DNA of 64,000 bases from a virus: the IMG/VR virus record IMGVR_UViG_3300045988_163663, one strand, 5' to 3'. The notes below the pieces were generated by a model. That model did not search any database, was not told where the DNA came from, and saw only the letters and a list, made by a program, of their open reading frames with translations. A program made the translations under genes and the position numbers. Below are positions 1 through 10,012 of the stretch, piece by piece (the first letter of the stretch is position 1; the number at the start of each line of letters is the position of its first letter).

Positions 1-27
1 AACAGAAGAACCGCACGCAAGGAAGCT

Positions 28-324
28 ATGATGAACACCATCTTTCACATCAACGATGCCATGAACAGGGTCAAATTCTCTGACCCTGATGGCGAAGCCA
101 CCTTTCACAAGCTGCTGGATCAGAAGGACTATATTGCACGGCAGATTGCTAAGGCAAACTACACTGAATCCTCGATGAAGAGCGACCATATGGAGCTGGA
201 ACGTATTTTCGCTGATATGGACGAATGCGGTTGTTCTAAATGGGTCAAGTGGGAAGTCGAACGGCTGGCAGCAAGTCGGCGTCGCTGGACTATTGCAACA
301 AGCAAGCAGATCTGGTTGAGCTAA
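28..324 (+). CDS. hypothetical protein
   Basis: ORF 98 aa, TAA stop, early GC-richer block. Confidence 0.45.
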   Translation: MMNTIFHINDAMNRVKFSDPDGEATFHKLLDQKDYIARQIAKANYTESSMKSDHMELERIFADMDECGCSKWVKWEVERLAASRRRWTIATSKQIWLS

Positions 325-359
325 TAGCTCAACCAGAATATCAGAAAGGGGATAACATT

Positions 360-548
360 ATGTACTCTATCTATAATCACACGACTGGCCAGTATGGCAC
401 AATCTACCGTAGCCTGACCGCAGCACGAGCCATGGCACATGCTTACAGTCTATGGGCACGGAACGACAGAGATGTCGTTGATATGCAGACTGGTGAAGTC
501 ATGAGCACATTCGAGAAAGGCAAAGAAACTTACAGAGCCAAGGGTTAA
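360..548 (+). CDS. hypothetical small protein
   Basis: ATG at 360 preceded by GAAAGGGGA; 62 aa; TAA stop. Confidence 0.4.
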   Translation: MYSIYNHTTGQYGTIYRSLTAARAMAHAYSLWARNDRDVVDMQTGEVMSTFEKGKETYRAKG

Positions 549-582
549 AACCCTTGGCTTCCAATAGAAAGGATGGTACACT

Positions 583-882
583 ATGGCAACTGCACGAAAT
601 CCCTATGCTGAGATCCGTTTTCTTGACAAGAACAATGTTCAAACTGATTATTGCAGATGGCAATTATCCACTACATTCAACTGCCCTTGGCAGCCTGCCT
701 TTTACCGCGAACTTGAAGAAAAGCTCTACATCATGCAGGAACTGGAAATCGTAGGGTTCGGCAATCGGTCTGCGGTATTTACTTCTGGTCTGCTGACTAC
801 CTACCATTTCACAAGTTATCAGATGGTGCAGTGCATTGAACATATGGCAGACCACCTGACGTTAGTGGTGAGGGACATTTAA
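583..882 (+). CDS. hypothetical protein
   Basis: ORF 99 aa after AGAAAGGATGG leader. Confidence 0.45.
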   Translation: MATARNPYAEIRFLDKNNVQTDYCRWQLSTTFNCPWQPAFYRELEEKLYIMQELEIVGFGNRSAVFTSGLLTTYHFTSYQMVQCIEHMADHLTLVVRDI

Positions 883-950
883 GTCCCTCTACCGCTTACC
901 AACCGCACAATCGAGCACATGAATTGAATTTTCGGAAAGGAATTTTTGAA

Positions 951-1104
951 ATGAAAAATCTCAAACTGGCGTTGACCCTATCCGGCATTATAATTTTCCT
1001 CTGGGTCAGCATTTCATTTTGCAATGTAGTGGCACATAACAATCCGGCGGAAGGGGCTTATGAATATCCCTCTTGGAACTTTTTTGCGATGATGGAGGAT
1101 TGAA
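951..1104 (+). CDS. small hydrophobic protein (MKN-start family)
   Basis: 50 aa ORF with TM-like segment; TGA overlaps next ATG (GGATTGAAATGA). Confidence 0.35.
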
Positions 1105-1299
1105 ATGAAAAATCAGCATAGCGAAGTCATTAAAATGTTCAATGACCATACTCAGGTAATTATAAAGGAGGCGTTCGACGACCCTATTGACGCCGACTAC
1201 TATGAATACCATTTAGATTTACTTGAGATCCACTACCAGAGATACAGCCGCGGCGAGCTACTGTACGAAGAAAATGCACCGGAGGAGCGTTTGAAATGA
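1105..1299 (+). CDS. hypothetical protein, MKNQH paralog 1
   Basis: Starts MKNQH; same GAAATGAAAAATCA context as 951 and 1296. Confidence 0.45.
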   Translation: MKNQHSEVIKMFNDHTQVIIKEAFDDPIDADYYEYHLDLLEIHYQRYSRGELLYEENAPEERLK

Positions 1300-1541
1300 A
1301 AAATCAACATAGATGGTCTGGTGAATGGACACAGGGGGGAGCCCTTGGAGCACATGACCTCTTTACTCTCAACGGGGAATGGGATGATATTCTCTATATC
1401 CCAGTTGGTGCAGAGGGCTGGGCGGATGGCTCTAATGCTTTCAACCTCTCAACCCAGGAGTTTGAAATCATTCCCCAGCATTGGGAAGTCTTTAAGGTAG
1501 ACCTTGATAGGTCTAGGGCAAATTGGAGTGAAGAGGGGTAA
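1296..1541 (+). CDS. hypothetical protein, MKNQH paralog 2
   Basis: Starts MKNQH; translationally coupled TGAAATGA. Confidence 0.45.
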   Translation: MKNQHRWSGEWTQGGALGAHDLFTLNGEWDDILYIPVGAEGWADGSNAFNLSTQEFEIIPQHWEVFKVDLDRSRANWSEEG

Positions 1542-1574
1542 GACCCTCTTCACCAACAGAAAGGAATTGATAAT

Positions 1575-1886
1575 ATGATTAACATCCGCACAATCAAGAA
1601 GCTGGCTGATGGCGATGGTCTGACCCTTAAGAATGGAAAAATCAAGAGGTACAAGAGTGGCTATCAGGTAGCCACTAATGGCGTCGAGGTCATAAGCCCT
1701 GAAATGGCAATACAGGCGGTTCGAGAGTTCAAAGGCACTTGCGGCGTTTGGGTTGAAAATGGCAGATATTACATTGACATTTCCAAACGAGTTTCCACAA
1801 AACGCGAGGCGGTTGAAATTGGCAAGAAATGTAATCAGCTTTCGATTTACAGATGGCGTGGCAATCCGGCTTACCTTTACATTTAA
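1575..1886 (+). CDS. hypothetical protein
   Basis: ORF 103 aa after AAAGGAATTGATAATATG leader. Confidence 0.45.
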   Translation: MINIRTIKKLADGDGLTLKNGKIKRYKSGYQVATNGVEVISPEMAIQAVREFKGTCGVWVENGRYYIDISKRVSTKREAVEIGKKCNQLSIYRWRGNPAYLYI

Positions 1887-1892
1887 TTCCAT

Positions 1893-1920
1893 ATGGGGCT
1901 GGAAATCAGCCCCATTTTTC
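1893..1920 (+). terminator. rho-independent terminator
   Basis: GGGGCTG-gaaat-CAGCCCC hairpin followed by TTTTT. Confidence 0.6.
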
Positions 1921-2212
1921 TATCTTTTGGAAATGAATATTTATACATTTCAAAATGAATATTCATTTTCTTTAATTCATCATCACTTTAATCAAATGAA
2001 GTTCCTCGCCGGGGCGTGGCGAAATTGCTATATCCACAGCAGGCTCGCCACGCCCCGCATTTTCCATTTAATACCAATTCCGAATATTTCCAGCCAAATT
2101 TTACCATATCTGACATTATGTTCCATTTCCCATATCCTACCAGCTTATGGTATATAATTCCATACCATTTATTTCCAAAATCTTTGTGCATATTGACGAA
2201 TAAAAAAATTTG

Positions 2213-2242
2213 ACTTTCCTATTGACATTTGCCATAGGGTGT
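2213..2242 (+). promoter_or_regulatory. sigma70-like promoter (TTGACA-18-TAATAT)
   Basis: Consensus -35 and -10 hexamers; GTTCCnnnGGAAC hairpin at transcript start. Confidence 0.45.
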
Positions 2243-2298
2243 GCTAATATATAATTGTTCCAAGGGAACAGATAAAAAATGAAATGGAGATACAAAAA

Positions 2299-2460
2299 AT
2301 GACTACTGAAAGAATCGCTGAACTGCTGAACGAATGGATTGATAATGACCATGATTTCAGTGCGGAATCCATCAATGACTTCTGCAACACATATGCCCGC
2401 AACTACGACGAGTATATGGGTCTGTGGTACACAGTCTGCGGTTGCATCGAGGAGGACTAA
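2299..2460 (+). CDS. hypothetical small protein
   Basis: 53 aa ORF (MTTERIAELL...), TAA stop. Confidence 0.35.
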   Translation: MTTERIAELLNEWIDNDHDFSAESINDFCNTYARNYDEYMGLWYTVCGCIEED

Positions 2461-2612
2461 CATCATGTTTGAATTTGAAATGTACAACGTCAACACGGGT
2501 GAAACGGAAACTGCATATGGCTACTCCCTAGCAGACGCTAGGGAGAGAAGCCCAAAGTATGAGAGCCGCGAATGGGTTTGTCTAATGTCTACTTATATTG
2601 ATTAAGGGGGAA

Positions 2613-2807
2613 ATGAAAATGAAAATGTCTGAATTTGCAAACAACATTCTTGATAAGAAAATGCTGATTGAACTTATTAAACACCTTCCTTCTTGTGAAG
2701 CCTGTCCTTTTCAGAAGGCTTGTGAGAAAGCGGTTATTGATAATCCGGATGAATCTTGCGAACAGTTCCTTAACCGTTGGATTGAAGATGATAGGAATGA
2801 GGGCTAA
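2613..2807 (+). CDS. small Cys-rich protein
   Basis: SCEACPF...C...C motif; similar small Cys protein at 6116. Confidence 0.4.
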   Translation: MKMKMSEFANNILDKKMLIELIKHLPSCEACPFQKACEKAVIDNPDESCEQFLNRWIEDDRNEG

Positions 2808-2837
2808 AAAGCCCTCTTCCAAAAGGAGGAAATTAAA

Positions 2838-3161
2838 ATGGATATTACAAAATTGCAAGTCAGTCAGCATATCAAGGAAGACCGGCTAGACAGATATGTT
2901 GAAATTCAAATGAATACCGGACTTGGCGAACCTGTTGCAAAATTCAAATATGAGGACAAATGGCAGATTATTACAAGCACAGGAGTGATTTTGATTACAG
3001 ATAGCCGGATGGAATTTCTAATCACATTATATTATGTCAACATGGACAAAGCAACTGCAATTTTCAGACGAAACGGGCAGATGAAAATGCCGAAAGTGGT
3101 ATATGAAGCAATTCAGAAGAACATGGCAAAAAAGCTAATTAAACATAGAAAGGAAAAATAA
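2838..3161 (+). CDS. hypothetical protein
   Basis: ORF 107 aa with AAGGAGGAAATTAAAATG RBS. Confidence 0.45.
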   Translation: MDITKLQVSQHIKEDRLDRYVEIQMNTGLGEPVAKFKYEDKWQIITSTGVILITDSRMEFLITLYYVNMDKATAIFRRNGQMKMPKVVYEAIQKNMAKKLIKHRKEK

Positions 3162-3163
3162 AA

Positions 3164-3394
3164 ATGAAAATCGAATTTGCACAGAAAAAAGAATTTAGAC
3201 ATTTCGCTTCCTTGGAAGTTGGAACTGTTTTCCGCGACCCAAGGACAGACACAATTCATATGAAAACAGAATGTATTGACAATGAGGGCGATGAAATTAA
3301 CGCAATTGATTTAGCTACCGGAGAATTTGACTGTTTCCCTGATGATGCAAAAGTCTACGCCGTAGAAGCTACACTGAATATTAAGGAGTGGTAA
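3164..3394 (+). CDS. hypothetical protein
   Basis: ORF 76 aa. Confidence 0.4.
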   Translation: MKIEFAQKKEFRHFASLEVGTVFRDPRTDTIHMKTECIDNEGDEINAIDLATGEFDCFPDDAKVYAVEATLNIKEW

Positions 3395-3396
3395 AA

Positions 3397-3606
3397 ATGG
3401 AAGGAGATAAGACGTGGAAATATCTGGTAATTAACTTCTTCCCCACAAAAGACTGGCCGCGTCTGTTTTTTGTAGATGCCTCGTGCCGTTCAGAAGCTGA
3501 ATCCCATATTCAGAAGCACTGTGGAAAAGACTATATGTTAGTCGAAAATGATGAACCTATCGCAAGAGTTCTTGACGCTTCCGAAATTCCGCATTATAAA
3601 TTCTAA
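3397..3606 (+). CDS. hypothetical protein
   Basis: ORF about 69 aa from ATGGAAGGAG. Confidence 0.4.
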   Translation: MEGDKTWKYLVINFFPTKDWPRLFFVDASCRSEAESHIQKHCGKDYMLVENDEPIARVLDASEIPHYKF

Positions 3607-3787
3607 AATCAATTTGAGTTTCCTCCCATATTTTGGGAGGAAATTCTTATTTGAAAATTATAGAAAAAAATAATATAATTTTTTATATAAAAAAAATAAT
3701 TTTTATTTCTGTTTCAATTCTATAATTTTCCAGTCGAAAAATCAAATGCGGAAAATTTTGGCAATCCCATAATTTGGGAATTCATTT

Positions 3788-3817
3788 GAGCCAGCCGCGA
3801 TCCAACGCCGCGGCTGG
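3788..3817 (+). repeat. GC-rich hairpin of early intergenic cassette (copy 1)
   Basis: GAGCCAGCCGCGatccaacgCCGCGGCTGG; same architecture at 5965, 7676, 9968, 11761. Confidence 0.6.
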
Positions 3818-3935
3818 AATTTCGCGAATTAAAGTGCTAACGTAAAAAAGTTTTCCAAATCCTTCCAGCCCAGCCCTTGGAAATTTTTCCCAAAATCTTT
3901 GTGTAATTTGACGAAAGTATTTTCCATTTTATGTC

Positions 3936-3964
3936 TTGACATTTGGCTTGCCCTGTGCTATACT
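3936..3964 (+). promoter_or_regulatory. sigma70-like promoter (TTGACA-17-TATACT)
   Basis: Consensus hexamers upstream of 3998 gene. Confidence 0.45.
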
Positions 3965-3997
3965 ATAAACAATCCAAGAGGAAAGGAACTGATTAAA

Positions 3998-4165
3998 ATG
4001 ACTGACCGCGAAGCCCTCGACCAAATTCTGGAACATCTGAATGGGAACTTGCAATCTATTGTTGCTGATGAATCAACATATGTCGAAATTGAGAACGCCT
4101 GTTTAGGCGAAGACATTATGTTTGAATTTGACAAAAATGGAAATATTTTGTCAATCGGTTCTTGA
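3998..4165 (+). CDS. hypothetical small protein
   Basis: 55 aa ORF MTDREALDQ... Confidence 0.4.
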   Translation: MTDREALDQILEHLNGNLQSIVADESTYVEIENACLGEDIMFEFDKNGNILSIGS

Positions 4166-4179
4166 AAGGAGAATCTGAT

Positions 4180-4563
4180 ATGAAAGTCTATATGGCTGGT
4201 GCGTTCTTCCGTCCTGAAACAAAATCAAGAATTGATTCATATGCGGCTGGTTTCCGGCGGCTTGGGTATGATGTATTTGTGCCACAAGAACATACAGTCC
4301 CGAACGCTTGGGAGATGTCGCAAGAGGATTGGGCAAGGGAAGTTTTCAAAATGGATATTGCCGCCATTCAAGAATGTGACATGGTGTTTGTTGTATATGA
4401 TGGTCTGTATTCTGATTCTGGAACAGCTTGGGAAATCGGATATGCTTATGCTCTTGGGAAAAATATCCAAATGAGTGTAAATAATGGTGTAAAAGATATG
4501 TCTATTATGCCATTTGCAAGTGCTTGGGCTATTGAAAACTATAAAAATATTAAATTAGTTTGA
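4180..4563 (+). CDS. nucleoside 2-deoxyribosyltransferase family protein
   Basis: YMAGAFF...DSGTAWEIGYAYALGK signature of the family. Confidence 0.7.
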   Translation: MKVYMAGAFFRPETKSRIDSYAAGFRRLGYDVFVPQEHTVPNAWEMSQEDWAREVFKMDIAAIQECDMVFVVYDGLYSDSGTAWEIGYAYALGKNIQMSVNNGVKDMSIMPFASAWAIENYKNIKLV

Positions 4564-4634
4564 AAAAAACACTTGACAAATTTGGTTGAACCTGTTATAA
4601 TAAAGATACTCCAAAAGAGAAAGGAAATGATAAA

Positions 4635-5108
4635 ATGATTAAGGAATTATGTTTCGATCTTGATGGAACTCTGGTTGACCTCTATGGTGTGGAAGATTGG
4701 CTTGATAAAATTCGAGCCTATGACCCTACACCCTATCAGACCGCCGAACCGCTGGTTGATATGGCAGAACTTGCTTGTCTGCTCCGTAGCTTGCAGAACT
4801 GCGGTATCAATGTCGCAGTTATCACTTGGCTGTCAAAAGAGCCGAACAAGCAGTATGATGATGAAGTCAGAAAAGCAAAACGAGCTTGGCTGAAAGAATA
4901 TGGTTTTCCATTTGACAGTCTGCGATGTGTAGCTTATGGAACGCCGAAGCATAAGGTTGAAGCCGCAAGACTTGCTGATGATGAAGAAGCCCTGATTTTT
5001 GATGATGATGCAAGAGTCCGCAGGGATTGGGACTTGGGCGGAGCAATCGACCCGACTAAGGTTGACATTCTGGAAGTATTGAAAGAAATTTTGAATGGGC
5101 TGGAATAA
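4635..5108 (+). CDS. HAD-superfamily phosphatase (5'(3')-nucleotidase-like)
   Basis: FDLDGTLVD HAD motif I; K and DD motifs downstream. Confidence 0.6.
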   Translation: MIKELCFDLDGTLVDLYGVEDWLDKIRAYDPTPYQTAEPLVDMAELACLLRSLQNCGINVAVITWLSKEPNKQYDDEVRKAKRAWLKEYGFPFDSLRCVAYGTPKHKVEAARLADDEEALIFDDDARVRRDWDLGGAIDPTKVDILEVLKEILNGLE

Positions 5109-5132
5109 TCCAGCCCATAAGGGGAAAATGAA

Positions 5133-5351
5133 ATGAATGATATTCTTAAAGAGCTTACAGACTTGGCAAACCAGATTGGAAAATTAGCTGGAAAAATTTA
5201 CTGTGAAAAAAAGAATATCTCAAATCCTTATGATTTTACAAACGCACAAGAATTAAGTGATAAACTGTTTGAAATTCATTCTGATTTACAAAATGACTGT
5301 TATACTTTGGCTGTTGCCATTTGGGGAGACGATGAAGATGATGATTCCTAA
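5133..5351 (+). CDS. hypothetical protein
   Basis: ORF 72 aa. Confidence 0.4.
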   Translation: MNDILKELTDLANQIGKLAGKIYCEKKNISNPYDFTNAQELSDKLFEIHSDLQNDCYTLAVAIWGDDEDDDS

Positions 5352-5604
5352 AAAAATTACTGTCAAATATTCAGGCTATGATGAAAAAAGAGTATATTAT
5401 AACAATGAATTAGATTTTCGCACAGAACGTGATGCCGATTCATTTATTTTAGACATGAAAAGACTTATGTTCGGAGTAAAGACCTACACAAAAATTATTA
5501 CTTGGGGAGAAGAATCAAATGAATGACGAACAGCTTGACATTTTGCTTGAAGAAGCAACGGACATTAAAATTTTAATTGCCTTGGGCTGAAAGGATGGAT
5601 AAAA

Positions 5605-5892
5605 ATGGAAACAAAATTTATTTGGGTAGTTCATTTTGAAGAAGCAGATTTCAACGACTTGGACTGTGCATTCGACAGTTTTGAAATGGCGAAAGAAGCA
5701 GTCCAGACAATTTTTGACAAAGTTTCCGCAGTAAATCCTGCTTGGCAGAATCTGATGCTGGATGATGAAGATATCGAAGATGAATGGGCTGTTTTCAGTT
5801 TTGATTATATCGGAGAAGATGCCAAATTCTTGCTGAAACCAAATGTTGGTATTACAGTTTTTCCTTGTCCTCTCAATTCACTTCCTATTTGA
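5605..5892 (+). CDS. hypothetical acidic protein
   Basis: ORF 95 aa. Confidence 0.4.
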   Translation: METKFIWVVHFEEADFNDLDCAFDSFEMAKEAVQTIFDKVSAVNPAWQNLMLDDEDIEDEWAVFSFDYIGEDAKFLLKPNVGITVFPCPLNSLPI

Positions 5893-5964
5893 AAAATTTG
5901 GGAATCCAGATTTTGGATTCCCATTTTCTTACTTGTCTATTGGAATTAAATGGAAATTCTATTT

Positions 5965-5996
5965 GAGCCTGCCGCGAACCAACGCCGCGGCAGGCA
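5965..5996 (+). repeat. GC-rich hairpin of early intergenic cassette (copy 2)
   Basis: GAGCCTGCCGCGaaccaacgCCGCGGCAGGC then ATTTTAGATTTT. Confidence 0.6.
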
Positions 5997-6115
5997 TTTT
6001 AGATTTTCAGCATTTTCACCAATTTTTTACCCCAAATTTTGTGCAAAATGACAGTTGACTTTTTTCCCGATACCTGCTATACTATTGGTACAAGGTTAAG
6101 GGAGGGAATACCTAA

Positions 6116-6289
6116 TGACTTCTGACGAAAAACTTAAATACTGCATTGAGCAATGGGTCGAAACATTTGATGATTGTGCTTGTTGTCCTCTGATGTTCAA
6201 ATGCCGAGATGATGAAGATATCCAAGGCATTGACTGCATTGAATGTGGTGAAAAAATTATTGATTGGTTAAAGGAGAATGAACTATGAA
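6116..6289 (+). CDS. small Cys-rich protein
   Basis: DDCACCPLMFKC...CIECG; 57 aa. Confidence 0.4.
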
Positions 6290-6698
6290 AAATCTGTATT
6301 GGAAACGTACTTACATGAAAATGAATGATGGTCAAGAGCCTATTCTGAACTGGGACCCGCAACTTGTTTATCGCCCCGAACCGCCTGAAAATGAAGTATT
6401 GACAATTAAAAACACAACAGACCTTGCAGTAGCTATTTGCAGTAACTATGTCAATGGTTCTATTAAGCGTGGGACTTTTGACAGAAGAATCAAAAAATTC
6501 CATATCGAGGATATGAGATACTGGAAAGGCGAAGAATACAAGCCCGAAAAAATCAGTTTCCCTGTTTCACGTGAAACAATTTATAAACCAATTGATTATG
6601 ACATGAGTTTCAAGAAGTTGTCGGGAGAATTGTCCGCAGAAGATTTTATCCGCTGGATGAAAGACAATGGAATGAACACTTGCCCGATGATTAAATAA
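6285..6698 (+). CDS. hypothetical protein
   Basis: ORF 137 aa. Confidence 0.45.
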   Translation: MKNLYWKRTYMKMNDGQEPILNWDPQLVYRPEPPENEVLTIKNTTDLAVAICSNYVNGSIKRGTFDRRIKKFHIEDMRYWKGEEYKPEKISFPVSRETIYKPIDYDMSFKKLSGELSAEDFIRWMKDNGMNTCPMIK

Positions 6699-6766
6699 AT
6701 TAGGGGTTGACAAACAACCCCTAATGTGATACAATAACTATACAAATTAAGAAAGGAATTGATACC

Positions 6767-7138
6767 ATGAATTATGGAATTTACTCTGTATTGAAAAAAC
6801 TCACCGAGGGTTCTGAATTATCAAGCTATGACAAGTACGTTCTTGAAAGAGCTTGTCAAAAGCATGAAGAAGAACTTGAACGTCGGCACGCTATTCAGGC
6901 AGAAAAAGCTGAAAAGATTAAGGGTCTAATCCTTTTGGTTTTGAATCATGCAGATAAAGCATTGACTCCGACAGATATGCAGTTTGATATTTACCGAGCA
7001 GTCAACGAAGAAATTCCTTGTCAGGCTATCGCATGGTATGCTATTCAGCTTGCCTATTTTGATAACAAACTTAACTGTACTCACAAAAGAAATAAAACTT
7101 ATTATACCATTAAGAAAGAGAATAAAGCCCTATTGTGA
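6767..7138 (+). CDS. hypothetical protein
   Basis: ORF 123 aa after AAGAAAGGAATTGATACCATG. Confidence 0.45.
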   Translation: MNYGIYSVLKKLTEGSELSSYDKYVLERACQKHEEELERRHAIQAEKAEKIKGLILLVLNHADKALTPTDMQFDIYRAVNEEIPCQAIAWYAIQLAYFDNKLNCTHKRNKTYYTIKKENKALL

Positions 7139-7174
7139 TACAATAGGGCTATCAAAAGAAAGGAATTGATAAAA

Positions 7175-7624
7175 ATGAAAGCAACTGGCATTATTCGCAG
7201 AATTGATGACCTTGGACGTGTTGTTATTCCGAAAGAAATTCGCCGTAGCTTAAAGATTCATGAGGGTGACCCACTTGAAATCTTTATTGAAAATAACGGC
7301 GTTTATTTTCAGAAGTATTCAACACTTGGTTCCCTTGCAGAAGAACCCTTACGAATTGCTATTAAAATGGCATCAAATTCCGGTTTGCGTCCTATTGCAA
7401 TTTATGACGCTGATACAAAATTGCGAGGTATGGAAAACTTTCCGTCCTATGTCTCAAAGACCTGGGAAGATGAAGACGAACCATTTGAATACAATGCCAC
7501 TTACGGCGTTTACCCGATTGACGCAGATGGTGACCGCGTGGGATATGTGGTTTGCGATTCACAAGACATGGGCTGTGAAGTGATGATGATTGCCCGCTAC
7601 CTTGGTACTGTAATTGAGGATTAA
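7175..7624 (+). CDS. AbrB/SpoVT-type DNA-binding protein
   Basis: N-terminal GIIRRIDDLGRVVIPKEIRR swapped-hairpin motif. Confidence 0.65.
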   Translation: MKATGIIRRIDDLGRVVIPKEIRRSLKIHEGDPLEIFIENNGVYFQKYSTLGSLAEEPLRIAIKMASNSGLRPIAIYDADTKLRGMENFPSYVSKTWEDEDEPFEYNATYGVYPIDADGDRVGYVVCDSQDMGCEVMMIARYLGTVIED

Positions 7625-7631
7625 AAAAAAA

Positions 7632-7675
7632 TAACACAAGGGGCTTGATAAAATAAGTCCCTTGTGTTATTTTTT
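7632..7675 (+). terminator. rho-independent terminator
   Basis: AACACAAGGGG...CCCTTGTGTT 10-bp stem followed by TTTTTT. Confidence 0.55.
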
Positions 7676-7706
7676 GAGCCTCGCGGCCACGGTCCAGCCG
7701 CGAGGA
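7676..7706 (+). repeat. GC-rich hairpin of early intergenic cassette (copy 3)
   Basis: GAGCCTCGCGGccacggtccaGCCGCGAGG. Confidence 0.55.
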
Positions 7707-7826
7707 TTTTTAGATTTTTGGCACATTGCACAATTTTTTACTCACAAATTTGGTTATTCTGCCAATAGACAAAAATCCTGAAACCGTGTATAATTAAGAT
7801 ACAAATTAAGAAAGGAATTGATAAAA

Positions 7827-8138
7827 ATGATTATGGACGCCGCTATTGTTAAAGCAATGAATTTGCAGGACTTGAACGACTACATAAATAACAGGAAGCC
7901 GGAAGAATTACAGACCCTAATTGCATTAGCCAAGGAAAGGATTAACCAATTAGACCAAGAGAAAGAAGCAAAGTACATGGCCGCAATCATCAAATCTGTT
8001 CAGGATTATCTGGATAATGTTGGAGATTTGACATTCCATGTTGAGTATGAAGACGAAGATGGCCAGGACGCGGCAACTGACATCACCGTAGACAATCTGA
8101 ATCCGCCTGCTGGTGGCAATGGAATCATTTATATTTAA
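7827..8138 (+). CDS. hypothetical protein
   Basis: ORF about 103 aa. Confidence 0.4.
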   Translation: MIMDAAIVKAMNLQDLNDYINNRKPEELQTLIALAKERINQLDQEKEAKYMAAIIKSVQDYLDNVGDLTFHVEYEDEDGQDAATDITVDNLNPPAGGNGIIYI

Positions 8139-8150
8139 GGAGTGATACAA

Positions 8151-8465
8151 ATGCTTACAAATCCGGGTTTTTATTTTGCTTGGTTAGTTTTAACCATTCT
8201 TCCTTTAATGATCGCCATTGTTGCTCCTGAAACTTGGCATGGTAGAGTTGTTGCTGTTCTGATTGCGATTGCTATTGGTTTTGGCGTTGCAACTCTATTG
8301 TACAAAGAACAAGAAAGCAATCATGACCGCTGGAATAATGGTTATTGTGAATGCGGCGGCGAGTATCAATTTTCAAGTGCTACAAATTGGCGTGGTTCAA
8401 AAAACTATTATTACACTTGTGATAAGTGCGGGCATACAGAAGAATTTTCTTCACTCATGAGATAA
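8151..8465 (+). CDS. membrane protein with C-terminal zinc-ribbon
   Basis: Two TM-like segments then CEC...CDKCGH. Confidence 0.4.
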   Translation: MLTNPGFYFAWLVLTILPLMIAIVAPETWHGRVVAVLIAIAIGFGVATLLYKEQESNHDRWNNGYCECGGEYQFSSATNWRGSKNYYYTCDKCGHTEEFSSLMR

Positions 8466-8748
8466 AAAACGCCGGTTGGGAAAAAAATTATAAAAAAAAA
8501 TTCCCAACCGGCTTGACAAATTAAAAAAAATTTGATATAATAATAGTACCAAAAGGAAAGGAATTGATACTATGATAGCATTGATGAAATACGAATGTGG
8601 ATTAAGATTCACAGGGCTTGTTTTTGAAGATGAAGAAACAGCGGAAAAATACATGAAAGAGCATTGGATAAATCCAAAAGAAGTAAAGTTAGTACCAGCA
8701 ACTGGATATTTCAAAAATGGTGAAATTAAGTGAAAGGAATTGATAATC

Positions 8749-9159
8749 ATGACTGAAATTACAACCTATGAGTGCGACTTCTGTGGGCAGGTGTTCGACG
8801 ATGAAGAAGAATGTATTCATCACGAATGGAAATGCAGATACGAAGATTTATGTAAATCTGAAAATTGCGAACCGCTGAAACTGTTCGACCTTGAAGGTAA
8901 GGAAATCAATGGTTTCGATTATCCTAAATGTGATGAAATTGGAGCGGTGGAAATTCATTCTTATGCCCAAGCACAATTCATCAATGATTATTTTGATGAA
9001 ATGGGCTATGAAGTTCCCATTAAAATTGTCATGGGACTGATTGACTACTATGGCTTGTGGTATTATGACCCTGAATACCACTATGGCGAGTGGCGGTCTT
9101 ATGAAGAAGTTCTTGAAGATATTCAGGAAATTGGCAAGAAATTTAATCAAGGGGCTTGA
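8749..9159 (+). CDS. zinc-ribbon containing protein
   Basis: CDFCGQ...CIHHEWKC motifs. Confidence 0.4.
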   Translation: MTEITTYECDFCGQVFDDEEECIHHEWKCRYEDLCKSENCEPLKLFDLEGKEINGFDYPKCDEIGAVEIHSYAQAQFINDYFDEMGYEVPIKIVMGLIDYYGLWYYDPEYHYGEWRSYEEVLEDIQEIGKKFNQGA

Positions 9160-9214
9160 CAAGCCCCTTGACCTGTGATATAATTGATTTATCAAAAGGA
9201 AAGGAAATGATACA

Positions 9215-9490
9215 ATGAATTATCAGGTTATTTTCATGGACAATGAAGGGACTGTTCAGACGGGTATCTGGAATCAGGACAGAGATGAAATTATCTGCGG
9301 CTGTTGTGGTGCAACAATCGAATCGGGCGATTTTGTCCTGCTTCACATCTATGATGAATGGTTGAACATCACCGATGAAATCTGCGGGGATGACGGAGAA
9401 ATTCTCAATGAGATTGAAGAAAAGGTCGATAGACTAACTACCTCTGAAATTGAAGCAATTCTTGATGGAAAGAAGGATTTCAACGAATGA
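9215..9490 (+). CDS. hypothetical protein
   Basis: ORF 91 aa with CGCCGA motif. Confidence 0.4.
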   Translation: MNYQVIFMDNEGTVQTGIWNQDRDEIICGCCGATIESGDFVLLHIYDEWLNITDEICGDDGEILNEIEEKVDRLTTSEIEAILDGKKDFNE

Positions 9491-9638
9491 AAGGAAAGAG
9501 ATTTAATAAGGGCGGTTATACCGCCCAAGTCATCCAGTGGGATGATACAGACGCCTTGTGGATTTGCCAATACTCTTGGGGCGAATATTTCTATGAAGAT
9601 GATGAATTTATCAGGGAAAATCTGGTGGAGGATTGAAA

Positions 9639-9959
9639 ATGGCTTTTTTTATTAAGGTTATTATGGCTTGGTTTAGAAGAAATGAAATGCCAGTTGTAAT
9701 TTATGGTGCAGATGGTCTTCCCGTTACAAGTTATAATACCACGGTAAAAGATTACTGGTTTCCAAAAAATTTAGGAGAAGCATCAAAAATTGAAAATGGC
9801 TGGTATTGTTATCCATTGAATGCCAATGGTGAATACTGTGGTTGTATTTGCTGGGAATGGTGGGAAGATGATGATGATTTTGAACAGCCAGACATTTATG
9901 ATGTTTTGAACATCTGTAATCTTCTGGAAATTGCTTGCGGTTTGGATGAAAATTCCTAA
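9639..9959 (+). CDS. hypothetical protein
   Basis: ORF about 106 aa. Confidence 0.4.
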   Translation: MAFFIKVIMAWFRRNEMPVVIYGADGLPVTSYNTTVKDYWFPKNLGEASKIENGWYCYPLNANGEYCGCICWEWWEDDDDFEQPDIYDVLNICNLLEIACGLDENS

Positions 9960-9967
9960 AAAAAAAT

Positions 9968-10012
9968 GGGCGGTTCGTTTGAGCCGCCCAATTACCAACG
10001 CAATTGGGCGGC
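9968..10012 (+). repeat. GC-rich hairpin of early intergenic cassette (copy 4)
   Basis: GAGCCGCCCAATTaccaacgcAATTGGGCGGC, then TTGCACAA...TTGTGCAA inverted repeat at 10028-10065. Confidence 0.55.

Noticed and set aside
1449-1892. Minus-strand ORF of 147 aa overlapping plus-strand genes
   Set aside because: It lies antisense to well-supported plus-strand ORFs that have promoters and RBSs. It has no RBS or homolog features. The same applies to other long minus ORFs at 12299-12949, 12974-13615, 19525-20355, 30033-30578 and 33109-34176.
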